Source: Chthonomonadales bacterium
GTDB lineage: Bacteria; Armatimonadota; Chthonomonadetes; Chthonomonadales; CAJBBX01
Direction: 5' to 3'
DNA: 22,192 nt
Assembly (NCBI GenBank): GCA_049967475.1
Contig: JBMFSQ010000038.1
Location: 1 to 22,192 of the forward strand
In this document: piece by piece, positions 16,611-22,192 of the stretch
How positions within the stretch are numbered: position 1 is the first letter of the stretch
Layout of the letters: each line of letters begins with the position of its first letter
The notes under the pieces: generated by a model
The model's input: the letters and a program-made list of their open reading frames with translations, nothing else
Database searches by the model: none
What the model was told of the DNA's origin: nothing
Position numbers and translations under genes: made by a program

Positions 16611-17364
16611 TCAGTTTGAGGGCTGCCACGCCCGCTAATCCCAACACGAGGCCGTCGAAGAGCTTCTGGGGCAGATAGGGCAGGAGCCATTTCCCGGCTG
16701 CCACGCCCACCAGCACGCCGGGCGCCAGCATCAGGTCGGCCAGCAGGGAGGGGCGGTTCATGATGGGGTGGGTAGGGTTCATCGCCGTCAGAGCCAGGTA
16801 CACCGGGAACTTGCTGAGGTTGAAGATGAAGAAGTACCAGGCTGTAGTGCCCATGAACTGCTCTTTGGGCAAGCCCATCGCCGTCAAATAGATGCTCATG
16901 ATTGGGCCGGCTGCGTTGGACACTGTGGTAGAGAAGCCGGCAACTGCGCCTGTGGAAGCGACTGCGGCCCGCGAGTGGGGAACGATGCGGTCCTTCAGCC
17001 GCATCCTAGCCAATTGCACTGCCAGCATTCCCAGGACAAGGGCTCCGATCACCACGTCCATGAGGTCTTTGCCTCCGGAACGGTTCCCAAGGGCCCACAG
17101 AGCTAAAGCGCCTAGCGCCATTCCCGGCAGGACCCAAGGGATGAGGGGACCGAGCCGGTCCCACCGCGCGTGGTGGCGGTACCAGTACACTGCGAAGCAG
17201 TCTCCCAGGATGAGCAGGGGAAGCATCACCCCCACGGAGAGCCTGCCTCCGAAGGCTGCAGCCAGCATGGGCACTACCAGGATGCCCACGCCCGGCATAC
17301 CCGTCTTGCTGAAACCCACCAACAGGGCAGCCGCTATGCCCAAAATCCACTGGTGTGTGTTCAT
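16600..17364 (-). CDS. TauE/SafE family (sulfite exporter-like) membrane protein
   Basis: GFSKTGMPG, NAAGP, multiple TM helices; convergent 11-nt 3' overlap with the hydrolase. Confidence 0.88.
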   Translation of the reverse strand: MNTHQWILGIAAALLVGFSKTGMPGVGILVVPMLAAAFGGRLSVGVMLPLLILGDCFAVYWYRHHARWDRLGPLIPWVLPGMALGALALWALGNRSGGKDLMDVVIGALVLGMLAVQLARMRLKDRIVPHSRAAVASTGAVAGFSTTVSNAAGPIMSIYLTAMGLPKEQFMGTTAWYFFIFNLSKFPVYLALTAMNPTHPIMNRPSLLADLMLAPGVLVGVAAGKWLLPYLPQKLFDGLVLGLAGVAALKLIMG

Positions 17365-17467
17365 GATGGAGGCATGCGCTTGGCTCCAGATGCGCGGAAT
17401 GCCTGCGGCGGAGCTGGCGGGCGCATTGCTGGCGCGGCGGCAGAGCGTATGGTCGGCTCTCGGCGGA

Positions 17468-18985
17468 TCACGCGGGCGCGAGCTCCTCGAGGCGCTCAAG
17501 GGATGCCTGCTCCACTTGGTCGTGGAGGCTGTTGCCATGGGCATCCATGGTGACGACGGCGAGGAAGTCCTTCACTTGAAGGTGCCACATGGCTTCCGGC
17601 GTACCGAATTCATCGAGGAAGTCTACCCCGTCCACAGCGGTGATCTTCTCGGCATAGAACTGCGCGGCCCCGCCGATGGCGTTGAGATAGACTGCTCCCA
17701 CTTCCTTGAGGGCTTCCAGCGTCCGCGCACCCATGCCCCCCTTGCCGATGACGACTCGGACACGGTACTTGCGCAGGATATCTGCCTGGTACGGTTCTTC
17801 GCGCATGGAAGTGGTGGGTCCGGCCGCCTTCACCTGCCACCGGCCGTCGGCGTCCTTGAGCATCACGGGGCCGCAGTGGTAGATCACGCCGCCTTCAAGG
17901 TTCACCGGCGGCTCATGGGTGGTGAGGTACTTGTGCAAAGCGTCTCGGCCGGTGTGCACGGGCCCGTTGAGCAGAACGACATCTCCCACATGAAGGCTGC
18001 GGATGACCTCTTCGGTAAGGGGTGCCGTAATGGAGATCTCCTTGCCGGTGAGGGGAATCTTGCTCTCCTCCAGCATCCGGCGGGGGCTCACCTCTCGGAA
18101 GAACCATTCTGTGATGGCGCCTGTGTCCGCATCCAACCGCACTCCCATCCGGCGGAAGGCCCAGCAGTTGTAGGCGACGGACACAAAGAAGCTGGCCGGG
18201 AGGCGGTTCAATGCCCCGATCTTACATCCGAGAAGGGTTACATCTCCCCCGAAGCCCATGGTGCCGATGCCCAAATGGTTCGCATGGGCCATGACCCGCT
18301 GTTCCAGGTTTGCGAGTTCCGGATTGGGGTTCACATCGTCCAGCGCGCGAAACAGTTGTTCCTTGGCGTGCGCGTATCCCGTCGTACGGTCTCCTCCGAT
18401 GCACACGCCCAGAAATCCTGCGCTGCATCCCTGTCCCTGGGCCTGGAAAACGGCATGGAGGATGCACTTATACACGCCTTCCAGATTGCGATCTGCGCGG
18501 CCCAATCGGGGCAGTTCACAGGGAAGGGAATATTGGATGTTCTTGTTTTCGCACCCGCCGCCCTTGAGCAGAAGCATCACTTCCACATCCCGGCGGTCCC
18601 ATTGCTCAAAGTGGATGACGGGTGTTCCGGGGCCCAAATTGTCTCCGGAATTGCGGCCGGTGATGCTGTCTACAGAATTGGGACGCAGTTTGCCCAACCG
18701 CGTGGCCTGGGCGACAGCTTCCCGAACGGCCGCGGCAAACTGCATCTGATCCATGCCTATGGGGCACCGCACGTGAAAGGTGGGCATGCCCGTGTCCTGG
18801 CAGATCGGGAGGACGTTCTCCTTCGCCATGTCTATATTGCGGCTGATGATGGCGATGGCTTGTGCGGCTTGGGTGTTGGGGCGTTCCTGTTTGGCGGCCG
18901 CCGCAATAGCGCGCCGGACGTCTGAGGGCATATTGGTGGCAGTCTCCGTAACCAGATGGAGCATGCTTTCGTAAAGCTGTTTCAT
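17468..18985 (-). CDS. fumA: Class I (Fe-S) fumarate hydratase, fused alpha/beta
   Basis: PICQDTG, KGGGCEN, GRDALH, AGPTTSMRE, IGKGGM, MDAHGNSLH; AAGGA RBS before ATG 18985. Confidence 0.92.
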   Translation of the reverse strand: MKQLYESMLHLVTETATNMPSDVRRAIAAAAKQERPNTQAAQAIAIISRNIDMAKENVLPICQDTGMPTFHVRCPIGMDQMQFAAAVREAVAQATRLGKLRPNSVDSITGRNSGDNLGPGTPVIHFEQWDRRDVEVMLLLKGGGCENKNIQYSLPCELPRLGRADRNLEGVYKCILHAVFQAQGQGCSAGFLGVCIGGDRTTGYAHAKEQLFRALDDVNPNPELANLEQRVMAHANHLGIGTMGFGGDVTLLGCKIGALNRLPASFFVSVAYNCWAFRRMGVRLDADTGAITEWFFREVSPRRMLEESKIPLTGKEISITAPLTEEVIRSLHVGDVVLLNGPVHTGRDALHKYLTTHEPPVNLEGGVIYHCGPVMLKDADGRWQVKAAGPTTSMREEPYQADILRKYRVRVVIGKGGMGARTLEALKEVGAVYLNAIGGAAQFYAEKITAVDGVDFLDEFGTPEAMWHLQVKDFLAVVTMDAHGNSLHDQVEQASLERLEELAPA

Positions 18986-19010
18986 GGCTGTATCCTTTTG
19001 CAGAAGAGGG

Positions 19011-19784
19011 CTAGGGCCGCTCTCTGCGTTGAGCATTCGGATCGAGAATGGGAGGGATGCTTCCCGCTTCAGCGGAGCGGACCTGGAAGCGCAGCCGCCA
19101 CGGCACGATCATCGATTCCAGAAGAACAGCGCGGGAGATCTTGGATTTTCCGCGCCGCCGATCTGTGAAGGTGATGGGTACTTCGGCGATGGTCAAGCCT
19201 GCGCGATAAGCCCGGTAGGTCATTTCTACCTGGAAAGCGTATCCGTTGGAAGTGATGCGGCTCACCTGAATGCGTTGCAGAGCCTCACGGGTATAGCATC
19301 GGAAGCCGCTGGTTGCGTCCCGCACCAAAAGGCCGGTGATGGCGGCAACGTAGGCATTGGCGAAGCGGCTGAGGGCGAGCCTGGTCCATGGCCAGTTCTC
19401 TACGCCTCCTCCGGGGCAATACCGGGAACCGAGCACTACGTTTGCCCGCGTAGCGGCCTGGAGGAGCTCCGGGATATAGGCGGGATCATGCGAAAGATCG
19501 GCGTCCATCTGAACGACTAGAGAGTAACCCCGCTCTATGGCCCAAAGATAGCCGTCTACGTAACTTCTGCCGAGGCCGCGGCGACCGGTACGGCGCATCA
19601 CATGGCGATCAGGGCGTGCGCCGAAGAGCGCATCGGCGAGATCTGCCGTGGCATCCGGTGAGCCGTCGTCCACGATGAGGAGGTGGCACTGTGGAACAGT
19701 CGCTTCGATGCGCTCTACGAGCAACGGAAGGTTGTCGCGTTCGTTGTACGTAGGAACGATGATCAGGCAGTCGGCCGTACTCAT
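19011..19784 (-). CDS. GT2 polyprenol monophosphomannose synthase (DPM1-like)
   Basis: IVPTYNERDNL, VDDGSPD, QMDADLSHDP, GSRY, DATSGFRCY, GYAFQVEM; start 19784 (or 19805/19817). Confidence 0.9.
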   Translation of the reverse strand: MSTADCLIIVPTYNERDNLPLLVERIEATVPQCHLLIVDDGSPDATADLADALFGARPDRHVMRRTGRRGLGRSYVDGYLWAIERGYSLVVQMDADLSHDPAYIPELLQAATRANVVLGSRYCPGGGVENWPWTRLALSRFANAYVAAITGLLVRDATSGFRCYTREALQRIQVSRITSNGYAFQVEMTYRAYRAGLTIAEVPITFTDRRRGKSKISRAVLLESMIVPWRLRFQVRSAEAGSIPPILDPNAQRRERP

Positions 19785-19829
19785 GGCGTTTTGGGAGCGT
19801 TGCATCTTTCGGCGCATGCGGCGTGAACC

Positions 19830-19859
19830 ATTGTAGGCTACGCGAGCCTGCTCCGTCAA
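19830..19859 (-). promoter_or_regulatory. Sigma70-type promoter for the GT2-fumarase-tauE run
   Basis: TTGACG-N18-TACAAT; argues against the ORF-track start at 19901. Confidence 0.65.
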
Positions 19860-19978
19860 GCATATCGGCGGCGTAGCTTGGCTTATGGGTGCTGACCGCA
19901 ACGCCGGTTGGAGGGTGGAGGGATGCCCTTACGGCCCAAGCGCCATGCGGTGGTGCAAGGGGCAGCCGGCGTATGCGG

Positions 19979-20013
19979 CCCCCCTGTGGTCCCCCCGCGG
20001 ACGGGGGGATGGG
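19979..20013. repeat. REP-like palindromic element, single copy
   Basis: CCCCCCTGTGG-TCCCCCCG-CGGA-CGGGGGGA-TGGG; near identical to the copies at 22048-22179. Confidence 0.85.
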
Positions 20014-20094
20014 AGGACGTGATTGCTCGGCAGGAACGGTCCGCCGACAGGGGAAGACGGTGGGCGTGCGGAACCCAACGCAGGAGGTGGGAGC

Positions 20095-20634
20095 ATGGAA
20101 TATGAGCCTGATGAGCCCGGCCCTCAGGGGATGCGGAGGTCCTCCAAGATCCTGATTGTGGCGGCAGGGCTGCTGGGGCTGGTTCTGTTTGCAGTTTATT
20201 ATCCGATCGTAGCCTCGTCGCGGCCGGAGTTCTCCGCTGAGGATGCCCGGCATCTGCTGGACGGACTTTCGGACGCATTGGCGCGCAAGAACGAGGCTGC
20301 GGCGTTAAGCGATGTGGCTGAGGATGCCTTGATCGCCGGACACAAGGTACCCGAGATCCGGCGGTTGCTGCGGCAGGCCTTTGCGTCGGTGCGGGATCTT
20401 CGGGTTCAATTCGAGGATGTTGCCTACCGCCGTTTGGGCACGCGGGTAGTCCTCGATGCTACTGTGATCGCCGGAGAGGGGGATGGGCTGAAGGCGGGCG
20501 TGGGGGAAATCTATTATACGGGGCGGATTACGCTATTCCTGGAGCGGAAGGCCGTTCCACATCTGCTGGGGCTGTTCCAGACGTATGAATGGAAAATCAC
20601 GCGATTGGACGCGCCCGGGGTGCCGGGGTGGTGA
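20095..20634 (+). CDS. Membrane-anchored hypothetical protein, probable NTF2/SnoaL-like fold
   Basis: AGGAGG RBS; one N-terminal TM; helix LLDGLSDALARKNEAAALSDVAEDA followed by strands ending WKITRLD. Confidence 0.7.
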   Translation: MEYEPDEPGPQGMRRSSKILIVAAGLLGLVLFAVYYPIVASSRPEFSAEDARHLLDGLSDALARKNEAAALSDVAEDALIAGHKVPEIRRLLRQAFASVRDLRVQFEDVAYRRLGTRVVLDATVIAGEGDGLKAGVGEIYYTGRITLFLERKAVPHLLGLFQTYEWKITRLDAPGVPGW

Positions 20635-20690
20635 GTGGGCGTAGGCCGGGTTTCTGGCGTGCTCCTTTGCGGCAGGCCGCAAGACGATCC

Positions 20691-20727
20691 AAACGAAAAC
20701 GGGCGGAACCTTTGCCGGCCCCGCCCG
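20691..20727 (-). terminator. Rho-independent terminator of the prepilin gene pair
   Basis: Minus strand CGGGCGGGGCC-GGCAAA-GGTTCCGCCCG followed by TTTTCGTTT. Confidence 0.7.
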
Positions 20728-20759
20728 CAGTTATTCCTGTGGTGGATCAAAGTCCACGA

Positions 20760-20978
20760 TCACTTGCCGCCCGGTGCGGCTGGACGTCCGGCTGCGCCGC
20801 CGGCAATAGGCGGGGGTGCGCCTCCACCTTTAGCGACACCAGCCTGGATTGTGTCGTTGATCTCCTTGTTTGCAGCTGGTCCTGATGCGCGTACGAAGTA
20901 GAGAACGGCAGCGATGATCACTACGAGGATCACCACACCTGCCACGATGGGCGAAACCGCTGGTCCGCCTTTGCCCAT
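20760..20978 (-). CDS. Small single-TM Gly/Pro-rich protein downstream of the prepilin gene
   Basis: AAGGAGG RBS; VSPIVAGVVILVVIIAAVLYFV TM segment. Confidence 0.8.
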   Translation of the reverse strand: MGKGGPAVSPIVAGVVILVVIIAAVLYFVRASGPAANKEINDTIQAGVAKGGGAPPPIAGGAAGRPAAPGGK

Positions 20979-21071
20979 TTCACTGCCTCCTTCGGGGCTG
21001 AATACTCCTTGCCAATTGTGCCCCGCGATGCGTATCTGCCTTTCCCTGGCGCTATGTGCACGACCCTATGG

Positions 21072-21887
21072 CTATTGGCACGAGTTGATGTCTACGTCGC
21101 ACAGGTTCGGCCATCCGCCGCCGCGGGGCCAGTGGTAATCGTAGCCTTGGCCTGGCCACCAGGGCGCCCGAAGCACGGAGGCATCCACGGGATAATTCTT
21201 GGCATGACCGTCGGCGAAGGCAAAGTTCATCTTGGCAGTGGGATCCCAACCCCCTTGGCTTTGCCAGGGCAGGCTGGCGACGCGGCGGTTGTCGTGCCAA
21301 ACCCACAATTCGTGGAATACGTAAACTTGGGCAGGATAGGGGATGGCCGCCTCCTTGACTACGTTGCCTGGTCCGATGCTGGTGTAGCCACACTCTGGAA
21401 AGCTATACCCCGCGTACATCCAGAAGCGGTAATGGTATGAGGACCAGCGCTGGCCGTATTGGTACGTGCCGCCCGTTGCTCCTCCGCCCAGTCCGGGTAC
21501 TGCTACAGCTCCTGTGTCGCTAGGACATATGAAAATCTGGGCATTCTTGATGTAAGGATATACCTGAGCGCCATAGCTATATTGCTGGACCATCGCGAGT
21601 TGGTTGGCGTTCCCGACACCGGCATGCCCCCCGTAGAGCTCGCCGCAATAGTCCCCGCCCGGGCCTCGCCACCCGGCCGTCCACGCCACTGGAAATACTT
21701 CGTCGTAATCCTGTAGATACATCTGAATGCTGAGGCCAAGTTGCTTGAGGTTGGAGAGGCACGTGGTTGCCCTGGCCTGTTCCCGGGCACGGGCGAAGAC
21801 GGGGAACAGAATGGCAGCCAGAATGGCGATAATCGCGATGACTACGAGCAGTTCAATCAGTGTGAACGCTCGCCTAAGGCCAGACAT
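21072..21887 (-). CDS. Prepilin-type N-terminal cleavage/methylation protein, DUF1559 / H-X9-DG family
   Basis: [79 protein letters not shown]. Confidence 0.93.
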   Translation of the reverse strand: MSGLRRAFTLIELLVVIAIIAILAAILFPVFARAREQARATTCLSNLKQLGLSIQMYLQDYDEVFPVAWTAGWRGPGGDYCGELYGGHAGVGNANQLAMVQQYSYGAQVYPYIKNAQIFICPSDTGAVAVPGLGGGATGGTYQYGQRWSSYHYRFWMYAGYSFPECGYTSIGPGNVVKEAAIPYPAQVYVFHELWVWHDNRRVASLPWQSQGGWDPTAKMNFAFADGHAKNYPVDASVLRAPWWPGQGYDYHWPRGGGWPNLCDVDINSCQ

Positions 21888-21950
21888 CTGCGTTGCTCCT
21901 TTCGGACGTGTGTCGCACAGAGCCCAACGATAGGGCCGGCGCTTGAGCCT

Positions 21951-21979
21951 ATTATAAGCGTTGCAGCATCGTGTGTCAA
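21951..21979 (-). promoter_or_regulatory. Perfect-consensus sigma70 promoter for the prepilin gene
   Basis: TTGACA-cacgatgctgcaacgct(17)-TATAAT. Confidence 0.88.
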
Positions 21980-22047
21980 TAGGGTGCCGCGGGATCTACG
22001 CACTTCTTTCGTGGACGCATAAGAATGGCGTCCGGGGTTGTGTCGGA

Positions 22048-22179
22048 AGCCCCCTGTGGTCCCCCCGTGGACGGGGGGACTGGAAGTGTAGGTGAGCCCC
22101 CCTCTGGTCCCCCCGTGGACGGGGGGACTGGAAGTGTAGGTGAGCCCCCCTGTGGTCTCCCAGTGGGCGGGGGGATGGG
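22048..22179. repeat. Tandem array (3 units, 47-48 nt period) of REP-like palindromes
   Basis: Units start at 22048, 22095, 22143; core TCCCCCCG-TGGA-CGGGGGGA; identical linker CTGGAAGTGTAGGTG; third unit degenerate. Confidence 0.88.
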
Positions 22180-22192
22180 CGGTGTGGCGGAT

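Noticed and set aside
16892..18925. 677-aa plus-strand ORF
   Set aside because: Antisense shadow of the fumarase and tauE genes; no recognisable motifs
22048..22179. Possible CRISPR array
   Set aside because: Sequences between the palindromes are identical and only ~15 nt, so there are no unique spacers; it is a tandem repeat

Overview
GC-rich bacterial chromosomal window; the gene content (DUF1559-type prepilin protein with a small companion gene, 'CGNP' secreted protein, hpnCDE preceded by paired Zn-dehydrogenases) suggests Armatimonadota or a similar diderm lineage (inference). Left to right: a secreted Pro-rich protein gene cut by the window edge (minus strand, missing from the ORF track); ~0.8 kb unexplained intergenic DNA; a broken, orphan CRISPR type III ancillary gene (TM1812/Csx1-like CARF-HEPN fused to a Csx3/Crn3-like ring nuclease domain); a minus-strand run of tRNA-Val(GAC), queF, queD, ferredoxin-NADP+ reductase and a DUF2993-like lipoprotein; an ECF sigma / zinc anti-sigma / stand-alone double-STN + zinc-ribbon three-gene module whose putative promoter (AAC-N17-CGTCTAA) recurs upstream of the left-edge gene; an operon of two Zn-dehydrogenases, hpnC-hpnD-hpnE, a LolA-like protein and an alpha/beta hydrolase, with no shc; TauE transporter, class I fumarase, GT2 polyprenol-phosphate mannosyltransferase; an NTF2-like membrane protein; a DUF1559-type prepilin gene pair; and REP-like palindromic repeats. 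All family calls are from motif recognition by eye; no database searches were run.
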